Assembly: GCA_030324005.1 (NCBI GenBank) | Contig: JARDVH010000140.1 | Coordinates: 31,667,959-31,731,958 of the forward strand | Direction: 5' to 3' | DNA: 64,000 nucleotides | DNA from: Negaprion brevirostris | Taxonomy: Eukaryota | Part shown: in pieces, positions 23,121-36,689 of the stretch | Layout of the letters: each line of letters opens with the position of its first letter | How positions within the stretch are numbered: position 1 is the first letter of the stretch | Translations under genes and position numbers: made by a program | Notes under the pieces: model-generated | Database searches by the model: none | What the model was told of the DNA's origin: nothing | Seen by the model: only the letters and a program-made list of their open reading frames with translations

Positions 23121-23420
23121 AGGGCGGCAGGTTGGCCCAGTGGTTAGCACTGCTGCCTCACTGCGCCAGGGTTCAATTCCAGCCTTGGGTGTCCGTGGAG
23201 TTTGCATGTTCTCCCCTTGTCTGTGTAGGTTTCCTCTGGGTTCTCTTGTTTTCTCCCACTGGGTAGATTGATTGGCCGTGCTAAATTGTCCTTAGTGTCT
23301 GAAAATGTGTAGGTTAATACATGGGATTACGGGCTTAGGGCCTTGGTAAGGTGCATTGTCGGAGAGGCAATGCAGACTCGATAGGCTGAAAGACCTCCTT
23401 CTGCACTGTGGGGATTCTGT
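23121..23420 (+). mobile_element. V-SINE (HE1-like)
   Basis: Head tggcccagtggttagcactgctgcctcac..gggttcaattcc, V domain, and CR1-type tail. Confidence 0.85.
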
Positions 23421-24087
23421 GAACAATGGTGGGATGAAATCAGAGATGTAAATCAAAGTGCTATGTGGACGAGTGACGATGGTGCTCCATCAACATAACT
23501 GCTTATGCCCTTCTCATTGGCGGGGACTGCAAAAACGGCCTTAGTAGTGCCATGTCTAGAGATACCATCTCTGGATGCGCAGGCAGAGATGAAAATACTT
23601 GTACGTTACAGCACTGTACCTAGTCCTGGTGGCTGTGGGTCTTCTACTACTGCATTAGCAGTGTTTATGGGACTACTTTTATATTCAGTTCACTGTCCAT
23701 GTGACATTAGNNNNNNNNNNNNNNNNNNNNNNNNNNNNNNNNNNNNNNNNNNNNNNNNNNNNNNNNNNNNNNNNTGTCTGTACTGGCTGTCTGAATGAAC
23801 AATATATGAAGGAGAAATCTAGAGTTACAGGCAATGAAGGATAGTTATGGAGGGAAATATTCCTGAAGGTGCAGATCAAGAGAAGGCACTATATTACCTT
23901 GGGTTGATGGTGGGGATGATAGTGAGGAGTCAAACAAAAGTATTGGCAATATGATCAGCTATATGACTGTCAGTTGTGTGTATACAATGTTTGCTGCAGA
24001 TAAATTGCTTATGTGTTTCTGGTTTGAATCTTAAAGTATTGTGAATGAACTTACTTTGGTCCTCATCTACTAATCTTTTGATTCCAG

Positions 24088-24284
24088 CTTCATTTGCAGA
24101 GAGTTCTAGAAGTCGGGAGACTCCACTCATGGACGGATACAAGGAGATCGGCGCAAAGGGAGCGGCAGATGGTGGTCTCATTCGCATTTTCGTGGCTTTG
24201 TTCGATTACGATCCAGCAACAATGTCACCAAACCCAGATGCTGCAGAGGAGGAGTTGGCATTTAAGGAGGGCCAGATCCTGAAG
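24088..24284 (+). CDS. TSPOAP1: RIMBP1 exon, SH3-2 N-terminal part ([34 protein letters not shown])
   Basis: Acceptor attccag|CT (alternative in-phase tttgcag|AG at 24100) and donor AAG|gtagga. ALFDY SH3 motif. Confidence 0.93.
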
Positions 24285-24489
24285 GTAGGAGCATAGCATC
24301 CAGAGTTAACATTGTTTAGAAAGCCTGTCTCTCTCCAGAGGAAGGAAGAATCATATTCGGAATAGTTGGTATATTCCAGACGTGGAAAATTGTGGTCCCG
24401 AGAAAGCATATCACATAATCACATGTCAGCCTTTATGTGGGAGAGTCAGTAGGCCTGTCGTTCAATCATGAATCAGATGTTTTTGCGAA

Positions 24490-25352
24490 AGGAAAGCAGT
24501 TTCTAGTGGCATTCCACAGGGCTCAGTCTTTGGGCCCCTGCTCTTTGTCGCACATATTAATGATATGGACTAAAATGTGTGAGGCGTGATTGGGAAATTT
24601 GCTGATGACACAATAATGGCTGTGTAGTTGACAGTGAAGAAGGTAACTGTCAACTCCAGAATGATAACTATGGCTTGGTTGAGTGGACAGAGAAGTGGTA
24701 ATTGGAATTCAATCCAGAAAAGGGCGAGGTAATGCATTTTGAGAGAACAAAGCAGGAGAATAAACATGGAATACTTTCCTTTTTTGGACGAGGGATAGAA
24801 TACAAGGACAGGGATGTGATGCTGGAACTATATAAAATGATGGTTAGGCCGCAGCTGGAATTTTGACAGTTCTGGTCAGCTTATTACAGGAAGGACATAA
24901 TTACTCCGGAGAGAGTGCAAAGGAGATTTGCAAGATGTTGCCAGGATTTGAAAATTGCAGCTATGAGGAAAGATTGGGTCGGCTAGGCTTGTTTTCCCTG
25001 GAACAGAGGAGGCTGAGGGGTGACTTCATTGAGTTGTGCAAAAATATTGAGAGGCCTAGATGGGGTAGACAGTAAAGATCCGTTTCCCCTGGTGGTACAG
25101 CTTTAAGGTGATTGGCAGAAGAATTAGAGGGGACATGAGGAAAGACTACTTCAGCCAGAGGGTGGTGGGTTTTTGGAATTCGCTGCCCGGATTGGTGCTT
25201 GCAGGGGAAGCCCTCAACTCATTTAAAGGATCTGCACCTGAAGTGGCTGCTGGAAGGTGGGATTAAAATGGGCAGCTAGCTTCTTTCAGCTGGTGCAGAT
25301 ACAATGGGTTGAATGGTTTCTTTCTCTGCGGTAACTTTTCTTTGGTTCTATA
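24490..25352 (+). mobile_element. CR1 LINE 3' fragment
   Basis: SGIPQGSV and FADDT-like motifs, SYEERLGRLGLFSLEQRRLRGD, and the 3' tail. Confidence 0.88.
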
Positions 25353-26124
25353 AATAATCGGTCTTAGTGCAACAGGTATTTCAATTGCCGTGAGCAGGAT
25401 TGTGTTTGATGTGCCCTGACCAGGCAAACTGTGTTTCTGGTGAGGGAAGTTCCACTTTTTTCAACTCTTTAAAAGAAAGTTCCTGTTTAAATTATAGATA
25501 CAAATAAGGCAGGAATTTTCAGACTTGAAAAGCAAATTGCTGCAAGCTTAAGTTTTTAAGCTTCTGGGGCTGACAGAGGCTGCTGTAGGTGGCATTGAGA
25601 AGCTGTGGTTGTCCATAAACTGCTTCTGAAAGTCATCACTGTCAGAGGCAGTGTGTTCATATTCAACTGCAATGAAGCATGAAATGATTGAGAATGTAAT
25701 GAACAGTGGGACAGAAAACTGTAAAGCAATGTGTTGGAAATACACATCAGGCTAGCATGACAGACACTGTACAGGGGATAGGGATCCACCCCTAACCAAC
25801 TATCCTTGTTAATATCAGTGTCATCTGAACGGCTTGGCACAAGCGCCCTCTAGGGTTTTACAGGAATGTGTGAATGTTTTGCACTGTGGCCTAAGGAGCA
25901 ATAACAGAACTTTCCACAGGGGTGCAATTTGTTCAGGATGTGATTGCAGTGTTTATGCGGACCTGTGTGACATACGTCGAACGTATCTGCCCCTTGATAG
26001 TGACTGCAGTCCACAATAACATGGCACATATAATAATATTCTCTTAGAATCTTTATAGAATATTACAACTGAACTGAAACAGCTATGTAAATACTGTGAT
26101 TTGAAGAGCAAATCAAAGGCTGGG

Positions 26125-26280
26125 CATTCTTCAGCAAGTAACTTGTTTTGAACTCCCCAGAGCCTGTCCACCTTTTACAAGGCACAAGTCAGGAGTCTGA
26201 TGGAATGCTCCCGACTTACCTAGATGAGCACAGCTCCAACAACACTCAAGAAGCTTATCAGCATCCAGAACAAAGTAACT
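26125..26280 (+). mobile_element. Short fragment of the second CR1/L2-group LINE family
   Basis: ctccccagagcctgtccacc..tacaaggcacaagtcaggag matches copies at ~30770 and ~51580. Confidence 0.65.
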
Positions 26281-26479
26281 CATTATCAATTCTTTTCAAA
26301 ATTCAAAGACATTAAATGGCCACTTAATCTTCAATATTCCAGGGATAAAAACCTAACATATGCAGTCTCAACTCAAAATTTAACTGCTGGAGTCATGGTA
26401 ACAACCTGGTGCAACTGTGAATGAGTTGCTTAGCTCCTAAGATCAATATATCCTTCTGAAATTGCAGAAAACAAGCCCA

Positions 26480-27500
26480 GTAGTCCAACTGAGGTTTAAC
26501 CAAGGCTTTGTACAACTGAGTTAAAACCTCTTTACCTTTATATCCTTGCCTGTCAGGTAGCCTTTTTGGTTAATTTTGTATCTGACAACGACATTTTAGT
26601 GATCTGCATACGTGGACTCCATTATTTCTTTGGACCTCGACTATTCCTAGCTCTTCACCATTTAAACAATGTTCGGATCCAAAATGAATAAGCTGCACAC
26701 TTAACCTGCTTTGAAATCCATCTGCCACATTTTGCTCGTCCGCTTAATCCATCAATCTCCTTTGTAATTTTATACTCATGTTTACATTGCTACTTATGCC
26801 ACCAATTTTTGTGTCACTGACAAACTTGGATAAATACCATTCAATTGTGTTATGTAAGTGATTAATAAATATAGTAAAAAATTGAGATCCTTGTGGGACA
26901 TCACTAGTCACTTTCTTCCAATTTAAGTGCATGCCCATTATCCCTACTGTCTGTCTTCCACTGCTTAGCTAATTTAACCAGGTCAATAATTTGTCTTCAG
27001 TTCCATAGTTTTAATTCTAACTAACAGCATCTCATGTGGAACCTCATCAGATGCCTTCTGTCAGTCTATGTAGACTACATCCATCGGTATTTCCTTGAAT
27101 AATACTTCAGGTCCTTCCTCAGAAAATCCAATTACATTTTGTTTGGCATGATTTTGCCCTCACTAATCCATGTTGGTTGACTTTAATTAGCTCAAATTTC
27201 TCTCAAGTGTTCAGTCACTTTGTCCCCACCTGTACAGCCCAATCACTTCCCCGCAATTGATGTAAGGTTAATAGGCTCATAATTTCCTTGTTTCTCCTTG
27301 TTTCATAATTCTTGCACAATGGGATTACAGTTTTGCAATATGTAAAAACACTTCCTGAATCGAGACAGGTGTAGAGGATTATGATAAAAAAACTGTGATG
27401 TCCCCAATAATTTTAAAGCTCTGTGGTGAAATCTGTGGATTTGCCCAATTTTTGTGCCATTATCTTTTTCTAATACTGTTTGCTTCCACTAATTTAGTGA
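26480..27500 (-). mobile_element. Old CR1 RT fragment
   Basis: Minus ORF reads WKKVTSDVPQGS..FTIFINHL..SKFVSDTKIGG. Confidence 0.8.
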
Positions 27501-27524
27501 ACTCCAGCCCTTGTTCGGAACCTT

Positions 27525-27649
27525 ATCACCGTTCATGCCAGTGGGATTTTCCATTCCCGCTGCAGTGAACGGGGATTTGGCCAACTGCCAAACTCTCTGA
27601 CGTTGCTGCAGCGGCTGCGTGGTGTGGACAGCAGATAAGATCACACCCA
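27525..27649. mobile_element. Short MITE-family copy (left end unclear)
   Basis: Interior similar to 36461-36595. Right end taagatcacaccc. Confidence 0.45.
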
Positions 27650-28168
27650 TTATGGTCTGAGAATTGTCCAGTTCTCTGTGCGTTGTGTGACTGAGTGATT
27701 GACCTCTGTAAATGCATTGATGGGGAAATTTTCCTACAGGCTAAAGAAATGATTTGTCAAGTTGCAGTGTGAAAATGTTTCAACCTGCATCCTTTCCAAT
27801 GTATGAAATGCTCTCAGCTGATTGCATTTCAGCCTCCCATATCCATAAGATCGCTGAGTCACTTGTTATAAGCACTCTGACACTACCCTTCTGAGGTCGT
27901 CCAAGAGAACAGATGCATGGACAGAAGCCAAAAGCTGTTAGTGTGTATAAGCCTATTTTTTAACTGCCTCCTGAATGAAACCAGTGCTGATGGTGGGAGT
28001 TTCCTACCTGGCTACCCCTCTCCCACAGAGGAAGTGCCTGGGAGTGTAGGGCCATCATTTAGAGAGTAAAGGCCAAAGTGGGGCTTAGCTGGGGAAGTGT
28101 GTGACTCTGGAGTAAACTGAAAGTGAGAGTAAGGGAGGGGGTCTCCCTTCTGAACAATCTCATTGCAG

Positions 28169-28337
28169 GTATTTGGCGATAAGGATGCTGATGGGTTTTA
28201 TCGTGGAGAAGGCAATGGTCAGACTGGCTTTGTACCTTGTAACATGGTCTCCGAAATCCAGGTGGATGATGATGGAGTAATGGAACAGCTGTTACAGCGG
28301 GGTTATTTGGCTCCCAATACGTCCATGGAGAAGCTGG
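28169..28337 (+). CDS. TSPOAP1: RIMBP1 exon, SH3-2 C-terminal part (VFGDKDADGFYRGE...GFVPCNMVSEI...EKL)
   Basis: Acceptor cattgcag|GTA and donor CTGG|gtgagt. 169 nt, phase 0 to 1. Confidence 0.93.
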
Positions 28338-28848
28338 GTGAGTGTGCATTACACTGTTAGCACTGTCTAACCAAGACTATTGCATTATGTTTTCAGGTTG
28401 AACACATTCGAGATATGATGTAAAGTATTGAGTAATTGGCTGGGCCACAGTGAGCATGCAGGCATATTTGCTAGATGCTTTTCTAATACTGGGGGAAAAA
28501 AAAGGAGTACCAGGGAAGTTAAGTTTGCCTGGGCTACAAGAGGAGAAGGAGAAGAAGATGGTTTCGTGAGATTAGAGTAAAGAGAGGAGATAGATTTATC
28601 TAAGTTAGGAGTGAGGTAGATGGGTATTGACATTATTTTGAATGGGGAGGCATTTGAATGTGGCAGGTAAGAAATGCTAGCTATGAGTAAACTTGTCAAA
28701 TAGCTGAATATATCTAAACACTGAAACTCATCACACCATTAAATGTGACACCATATACCAATGCTCCCACAACACATGTGCTAATGCTCAAGCTGCCATC
28801 TCAAATTTCCAAGCACAGAACAGGTTTCCTGAAGATTCTTAAAATTGC

Positions 28849-29494
28849 AGGTTGGATTTAACAGAATGCAAGAACCTCACCTTCCCAATAAAAAGATTAG
28901 AGGTGATCCCCTATTCCAGGAGATTGCCCTGCAGTCCTTTCACATTTGGGAGTGGTTTAATTGCCTTGAAGTGAGACATCTGTTTCCCCCACCCCCTCCA
29001 CCAGGCAGGATGTCCTGCTTCTTGAAAGCTGTCAGCCAATCAAGGTCTGACATCTCTCCAGTCCCTGCAGTGCTACCAGGAATAGTGGGAACAGTTGGGA
29101 CTACAAGTGGCCCAATGTCAAGAAACCGAGTGAGTGGAACAAGGGGAATAGGGTGGGGGGTTGGGCTGGACAAGCTGGGGGTGGAGAGAATCGGGGGAAA
29201 GACCTGTGGTGCAATTGCCAGTGGGTCCAGCGGACCTGTTAAGAATGCAATTACTGCCCCTCTTCCTCTCCAAACTCCAGGATAGGGTAAGTTGCCAGGC
29301 TGGTGTAGTCATGAGACTTTTCGATTGCTGGCTAAATCACAGCACTGGCAGGATAACAGGGTATTAATTGGAAGGTGGGTTGTTGGTAAAATCACAGCAG
29401 GGTGGGTAGCTACGCAATGTGTACAGCACCCATGGAATTTTACTAGCTCCCTATTTTGAAACCCACCATCAAAGAGGCTATAAAATCCAGCCCT
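28849..29494. mobile_element. Old non-autonomous DNA element
   Basis: Imperfect TIRs aggttggatttaac and ataaaatccagccct. Confidence 0.5.
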
Positions 29495-29759
29495 ACGTGT
29501 GGCTTTTAAGTAAACAGAGGTGTTGGTGTGTAATGGCTAGTGTGCCCTAATAGGGTACTAATGCTTTGTCAGATTATATTCTTATGACCAGTTGAGAAGG
29601 CATGAACTGTCACTCTCTCTATTCAGTCTCCTTGGTTGGACACAACAGAAGTTTAAGTTTTTTTTTGCAATGATATCCCATTTCTGAATCTATGCAATGT
29701 TCGAAAAGGAGCCAATCAAGCAAGGTTTTCTTGAGTTAAAGAGTGGATGATCTATCTCA

Positions 29760-31330
29760 GTCTCCTCTGGAGGCCCCCAAAATCACAGATGTCAGTCTTC
29801 AGCCAATTTGATTCACTCCATGTGGTATCAAGAAACAGCTGAAGTCACTGGATACCACAAAGCTATGGGCCCTTCCAGCTAATCCAGCAATAGTACTGAA
29901 GACTTGTGCTCCAGAACTTGCTACCCCCTTGTCAAGCTCTTCCAGAACATCTACAACATTGGCATTACCCAGCAATGTGGAAAATTGATCAGATATATCC
30001 TGTACACAGGACAAATCCAACCTGACCAACTACTGCCTCTTCAGTCAACTCTCAATCATCAGGAAAGTGATGGAAGGGATCATCAACAGTGCTATCAAGC
30101 AGCACCTGCTCAGCAATAATTAGCTTACTGATGCTCACTTGGGTTCCGCCAAAGTCACTCAGCTCCTGACCTCATTACAACCTTGGTTCAAACATGGACA
30201 AAACAGCTGAATGCCAGAGATGAGGTGAGGTGAGGTGAGAATGACAGCTCTTGATATTAAGGTAGCATGTGACTGAGTACGGCATCAAGGAGCCCCAGCA
30301 AAACTGGAGTAATTGAGAATCAGGGGAATATTCTCCACTAGTTGAGTTGTACCTGGCACAAAGGAAGATGGCTGTGATGACTGGAGGTCAATCATTTCAG
30401 CTTCAGGAGATCGCTGCAGGAGTTCTTCAGGTTAGTGTCCTAGGCCCAACAATCTTCAGCTGCTTCATCAATGACTTTCCCTCCATCATAAGGTCAGAAC
30501 TGGGGATGTTCACTGATGATTGCACAATTTTCAGTATCATTGTAACTCCTCAGATACTGAAGCAATCCATTTCCAAATGCAGCAAAATCTAGACAATATC
30601 CAAACTTGGGCTGATTAGTGATATGTAACATTCACACTACACAAGCGCCAGGCAATGACCTTCTCCAAGAAGGGAGGATTTAATCATTGCCCCTTGACAT
30701 TCAATGAAATCGCCATCACTGAGTCCCCCAGAACCAACAGTAATGAGTAACTCACCTCCTGATTCCCCTAAGCCCATCCACCATCTACAAGGCACAAGCT
30801 GGGAATGGAATGGAATACTCTCCACTTACCTGGGTGAGTGCAGCTTCAACAACACTCAAAAAAACTTGACATCATCCAGGACAAAGTAGATTGTTTGATT
30901 TGTTACCTCTTCCACAAACATTCACTTCTTCCATCACTGCTAAACAGTTGCAGCCATGTGTACTGTCTACAAGATGCAATGCATGAACTCACCAAGGTTC
31001 TTTTGTCAGCACCTTCCAAAACTACAACCACTACCATCTAGAAGGACAATGTTCAATATCATTCAGTATCAATCCTAACACCTGGAGGTTCCCCTCCAAG
31101 TCACTCATCATCCTGACTTGGAACTATATCAGTGTTCCTTCACTGTGACTAGGTCGAAATATTGGAGTTCCCTCCCTAAAGCCCCTGTGTGCGTATCTAC
31201 CTCTCCCTGTCTAAAGCCCCTGTGTGTGTCCCGACCCCTCAGGGACTGCAGCAGTTAACTAAGGCAGCTTAGCAGCACCTTCCTAAGGGCAGTAAATGCT
31301 AGTCTAGCCAGCGATGATCAATGATTTTTT
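29760..31330 (+). mobile_element. CR1/L2-group LINE, RT region to 3' end, decayed
   Basis: AGVLQVSVLGPTIFSCFINDFPS..MFTDDCT RT motif. 3' end gcaccttcctaagggc..aaatgctagtctagccagcgatg. Confidence 0.88.
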
Positions 31331-33285
31331 AAAATTATTTTATAAGTCGGTTTGCTAATAAATTTCTTGTAAAGTTTTCCAAGCCAAGTAAAACACTCAT
31401 TTCAAATGGGAGAAAATTTTCAGCCTGTTTCTTGTGCTGAAGTATTTCTTGCTATCTCCCTATAATTACTGAAGCTTGACCTGTTATATTTCACCCATTG
31501 TGTATTTTCAAGGGATTTGTGGGTGGCTCTGTCTGACAGCTATTGTTTCAATATTTTGAAATTCCATAGGTGCTGTGTGTGCCACCTAACCACTTTGCAT
31601 TTTAATGTCCCTTGCTTAGATGACAAAGAGTTTTGATGGACCTTTGAATTGCAATCTCCTGTGGGTGTCTTGTTTGCTTTTTCACCTTCACCTTGGAAGA
31701 TGCTTTCCATTTAAAGATGTTTGTTCTGTCTCATTTCAAATTGCAAAATTTCCTGTCAGTTGAAAGCTGAAAAGTCATATTTCCAGATGTAAAGGATAGC
31801 CCCGTGACAATACCCATTAGTGCTGTCATGCAGTCTAATATTGCTTAGTGCTCTAGTGTGAGGATGTTAGAGACATCCATCATCTATAATAACCAAGAGC
31901 TGAATCATGACCAGCTCACTGAATAACTGCTTGCAGTAACAGATGCTCAAACCTTGACATGTGCTAATCTGTGTAGATGAAGTGAGAACTTGATGTGGGA
32001 GCAAAGTGTGTCTCTTAACACAGACGGCTTGGTCTAGAATTCCCTAAAACACGCTGGCCTGTGGCCAGTCCGATCATGAGGTATCAAATCACAGCTGGAA
32101 ATGCTCTAATTATTTTCACCCTTCATGAGAATCTGGTACTGGAACTCACGCACTGTGTTGTGTTTGGCAGAGAGCTTGATGGCTTCGGAATTGTCGCTTC
32201 CTGCGTACTTGTCACTCATTAGTAACCACTGTCCTGCAAAAAAACACTTCAGTGGAAGAGAAGTGGGGTTGAATCAAGCTAGAGCCCAGTCCACGTTGGG
32301 GCTGGATGCAATCTCCGGGCTGAGGTTACAGTCACGAATGAATTCACTGGCACTACACGGTCACTTTTTTTATTTTCAAAAATATACTTTATTCATAAAA
32401 TATTTGAAAAAATAGCACGAAGCACTTCGACTTGTCCTAACAGGAAAGTGCAATGATACTCACATTTTCTACAGAGATCAAGATGCCTTTGGAGGAGCTT
32501 CAATACAGTAATTCACAGACATTTCAAAGTTTCCGTTAAAACAAATGCAATGCTATTTAAATTATATACATTGGTTATGATTCATTCTGAGGTGCACCAA
32601 CACAGTTACATTTAATAAAGTCAAAATAAAGCTTACAGTCCAAACAATTTTACATGGTTATTAGCCCCTCAGTGCACATTGGCTGAAAGGCCTTTCCCCA
32701 TTGCACCTTAACTACATAGTCCCTGTTTCAAATTTGTGTATTTTGAAAAGAAACCTAGAAATTGCAGGCTCTGCAAATGCATTATTTCCTCCATCCCCCT
32801 CCCCTGCCCTCTTAATATCTGTGCAAGTGTCCATTCGTGATACACAAACACACACAGTGTACCAGTTAGTTTGTTGTTTTATATATAAAAATTGAGCAAA
32901 AGACCAGTTTCAGATTAGTTAAAGGTGACAATCCTGTAATTAAATGTGGAAGAGAGGAATAGAAGGATATGGGATTTGGGTACAAAGAGACAATTAAAGT
33001 AGGAGGCATAGATAACTGGACACAATGCCCTGATTTAATGCTGTAGATTTTATATAATTGTTAATGGGACTGGAGATAAAGCGGGAGGCAGAATTAGGAT
33101 TGGGGTAAGAGAGATGACAGGATAGGGCCGGGTCAAAGGATCAGATTAGGACCAGAACTTTGCAGCTGGCATTACTCGGACAAAAATAATTGGAAAACCT
33201 GAATATTTAACAACAATATAACTAATGAATGCCTCCACATCATGAGACTAAAGCAAAGCAAATAGAAAAATAAGAGTTTTATTTG

Positions 33286-33690
33286 AGATTAGAAGGATGA
33301 GAGGGGATTTGATTGAGGTATGTAAAATTTTAAAAGGGATTGATATAGTAAATGTAGACCAATGTTTCCTTATATGGGGCAATCTAGAACAAGAGGTCAC
33401 AGGTTTTGGTTGAGAGGTGGTAGATTTAAAACTGAGGTGAGGAGGAGCTATTTCTCACGGAGGGTGGTGAATTTGTGGAACCATAGTGTGGTGGAATCTG
33501 AATCATTGAATAGTTTCGAGAGGGAGATAGACATATTTCTAATAAAAAAAAAGGGGAATGAGGAATATGGGGAACAGGTGGGGAGGTGGATTTGAGACCA
33601 GGGAGAGATCAGCCATGATCTGATTGAATGGCAGAGCAGGCTCGAAGGGCTGAATTTGCATACTTCTGCTCCTAATTCCAATGTTCCGAT
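33286..33690 (+). mobile_element. CR1 LINE 3' fragment
   Basis: RTRGH..RFKTEVRRSYFSRRVVNLWN, and tail gaatggcagagcaggctcgaagggctgaa. Confidence 0.88.
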
Positions 33691-34117
33691 TTGGAAAAAG
33701 ACTTTGAATATGTGGCTTACCTTTTCTGAAGTTAGTGGATGCCCCTTTGAGGATTGGGACAATGGAATGCGATATCCCGTAATGTGAGTGGATTATATGA
33801 GCACGGTGCATTGCTGTTTGGAAAAAAGCTAAACAACTCGTGGCACTAGAGCTGGAGCTCATGGGCCTTAGAACCCCAGGGTTGCCTAAACACCTCTGTG
33901 CTCCGCTTTCTTTGTTTGTTTCCACAGGTTTCAACAGTCAGGTAGGTATACAGCTGTCATCATTCAACTAGGCTCGATTCAATTGTTGCTAATGCCCGAG
34001 AGCTGGCAGAGCCACTGGCCTCTGATTTTGCTAACCTGACATGATTCTGCTCTGTCTGTCTCAGCTTCCTGTGTGCTGCTTTATTTCCTCTTTTTTTCTC
34101 TCGTCTTTTGCTGTAAG

Positions 34118-34189
34118 AAGGCAGCCGCACGCTCTCTCAGCCGCCTCGCCGCACTGCACCTCCTCCGAAACCAAGGCGATCCAAGAAAG
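34118..34189 (+). CDS. TSPOAP1: RIMBP1 72-nt exon (EGSRTLSQPPRRTAPPPKPRRSKK)
   Basis: Long pyrimidine tract, taag|aag| NAGNAG acceptor, and donor AAAG|gtctgt. Phase 1-1. PPPKPRRSKK is as I recall it from TSPOAP1. Confidence 0.85.
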
Positions 34190-34379
34190 GTCTGTCTCAC
34201 TTCATGCTTACTTTTTTTTTTGTTGCTTTTTTTTGTCATTGAAAACATTTCTATGTCAGTGTTTGACTCGCTGCTTCCCACCCACTGTCTAACAGCATGG
34301 TACTGAATGTGTGAAATTGTGTAAGGCACCAGTCCTATATGAAAGCAGGAGTCTAACCAAATAATCCCTCATCTTCCAG

Positions 34380-34415
34380 TGCAATCCGACAAGTGGAAGG
34401 ACACTCGGCAGCAAG
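34380..34415 (+). CDS. TSPOAP1: RIMBP1 36-nt small exon (VQSDKWKDTRQQ)
   Basis: Branch-like ctaac, acceptor tcttccag|TG and donor CAAG|gtcagt. Phase 1-1, open frame. Confidence 0.7.
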
Positions 34416-34795
34416 GTCAGTAAAACTTACCCTCAGCTTCTCCTCATTTCTCCATTGATAATTACACTGAATATGTAACAGTAACACATTCATTGAAATG
34501 CGTGGCAGTTAATTTCAATGTAAACAGCTCTTTCATACAAGTACAGCACTCATATTTCAGTTATACAGAAGAATCTGACAGGATATATATTAGTAAGCTT
34601 ATACAATCTATTAAATTTAGCAACCCACAGGACACGTGACAATATTTTTATACACAATAAATAATAAGAGGGCCATGTGTTTTACTGACAATCTTTAGTG
34701 CTAATGCCCAACTATAGTTAATTATCTCATTGATCCAAGCTCTTTCGGTTTCTAAAATCTGTTTGTTAAAAAATTTTCTAAACTGTTTATAAAAT

Positions 34796-35236
34796 AGTGG
34801 CGCAGTGGTTAGCACTGCTGCCTCACAGCACCAGGGAACCAGGTTCAATTCCGGCCTTGGGTGACTTCTGTGTGGAGTTTGTATGTTCTCCTCGTGTCTG
34901 CTTGGGTTTCTTCCGGTGCTCTAGTTTCTTCCCACAGTCAAAGATGTGTGNNNNNNNNNNNNNNNNNNNNNNNNNNNNNNNNNNNNNNNNNNNNNNNNNN
35001 NNNNNNNNNNNNNNNNNNNNNNNNNNNNNNNNNNNNNNNNNNNNNNNNNNAGTCAAAGATGTGTGGGTTAGGTGGATTGGCAACAGCAAATTGCTGCTTA
35101 TTGGCCAAAGGTGTGCAGGTTAGGTGGATTAACGATGGTTATGGAGATAGGATGGTGTGGACCTAGGTAAGATGCTCTTTTGGAGAGTCAGTGAAGACTT
35201 GATGAGTCAAATGGCCTTTTTTGGCACTGTAGGGGT
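34796..35236 (+). mobile_element. V-SINE (HE1-like) spanning an assembly gap
   Basis: Head gtggcgcagtggttagcactgctgcc, V domain and tail. Confidence 0.85.
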
Positions 35237-35591
35237 TTTAGTATTGTTGAAAAAATAATTAAAGTGGGTTCACCATCACTATCATGGAACCTGACTCTGA
35301 CATCTTATATATCAACTGTGGAGATGGTATAAGCTCATGCTCAAAAATGTGCATTGTCAGCGAGGGAGGCCAAAAGGACTCTCATCCAAATGAGTGTACA
35401 AGTTATAATGGACACCCACAGCATGAGAAATGTTTAAAGAACTTCCTCTGTAAAACATTTATTATCATTATAGAAGTTGTAATGAGTCCCTGCCCCCTCA
35501 TTTAATTTGCTTTTTTATGACTTCCATAATTGCACCATATAGCAGATCTACCCCCCATGATATTCACTACCCGGCTCCCTTTCTGTTGCAG

Positions 35592-35695
35592 AGTGGAGTC
35601 GGCCTGGCAGTGGACTGCAGAAATTGCCTATGAAGAGGATGGTGGCTGTGTTTGACTATGACCCCAGGGAAAGCTCTCCTAATGTGGATATTGAG
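35592..35695 (+). CDS. TSPOAP1: RIMBP1 exon, SH3-3 start (..KRMVAVFDYDPRESSPNVDIE)
   Basis: Acceptor tgttgcag|AG and donor GAG|gtgtgg. Phase 1 to 0. Confidence 0.93.
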
Positions 35696-36460
35696 GTGTG
35701 GTGCATCTGCTTAACTCATATTGTACATTGGCAGCTGACTTATCCAAGCCAGCATTTTAAGACCAGTTAAAGTAATATTGGCCTCTGTTGCTTGCCCCCC
35801 ACTGCTGTCAAACAACCTGATTTAATTACTTCCAGGACATGAATGGTTGGGGATTTTGACCATGTTCAGGGCCATGTAGTTTGCTATGTGCTGTTCAATA
35901 CACATGTGAAATCAAACATATATTAATGAAAAGAGGTGATATAGGCAGGAGAAATGTCTACCAAGCACTAAAGAGTGCATGTTAACCCAGTAATCTTTGC
36001 ATAGTGAACTTCAGCTTGTAATCTTCTGTGAGGAGTTACTGAACAGAGGTCAGTTCTGTATGTGAAAAATTACCTGGGATTTTAGTGTGTACTTCCTCGT
36101 GGCCAGTTACGGACTGCCATGGAAAATCGGCGTAAATAAATATCTCATCACAATTCTACTAGTGCCATTTCCCCCCAAGTGCCATATTATCCAATGTCCT
36201 TCAATTTCTAACACAGAAGTGATCACCAAAATGTAATTTACATTTCTCTGCAGCCATCCCATGAGTGTCCCTGGTGTGAGATAGCTGTGTGCAGCTTGTA
36301 TCAGGGAGTGACATNNNNNNNNNNAAGATGCTGCGTATCATTTCACTTTGGGTCTCTTGAAGCCACCTTTGTCTCTTCCTGAGCTGTAAAATACATTGGA
36401 TGCCAGCAGATTTTCATCTCCCCCTGCTGTGACCTATTGGGGCTATCTACTGAAAATTAT

Positions 36461-36595
36461 GGCCAAAATTCTCCGGCCATTAATGCCCCACTGCCGGTCC
36501 AGCGGGAACAGAGAATTTGGCATTCGGCCGAATCTCTGCTCACTACAGCAGGACTGGAGCATTCCAGCTGTGAGTGAGATTGGAAAATCCGGCCC
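36461..36595. mobile_element. Short MITE
   Basis: TIRs ggccaaaattctcc and ggaaaatccggccc. Flanked by tat on both sides. Confidence 0.7.
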
Positions 36596-36689
36596 TATCT
36601 TTCAATAAGTAACACTCTCATCTCTGAAAATTTTGGGTTTAGTCTTCTTTAACACTGTCCACCCCTCCCAGGATTATCCTCTCAGGATC

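Noticed and set aside
34918-35066. Apparent direct duplications on both sides of N runs (also at 40562-40675, 54897-55041 and 62217-62358)
   Set aside because: Each pair flanks a run of exactly 100 N, typical of scaffolding gaps with overlapping contig ends. Probably an assembly artefact.
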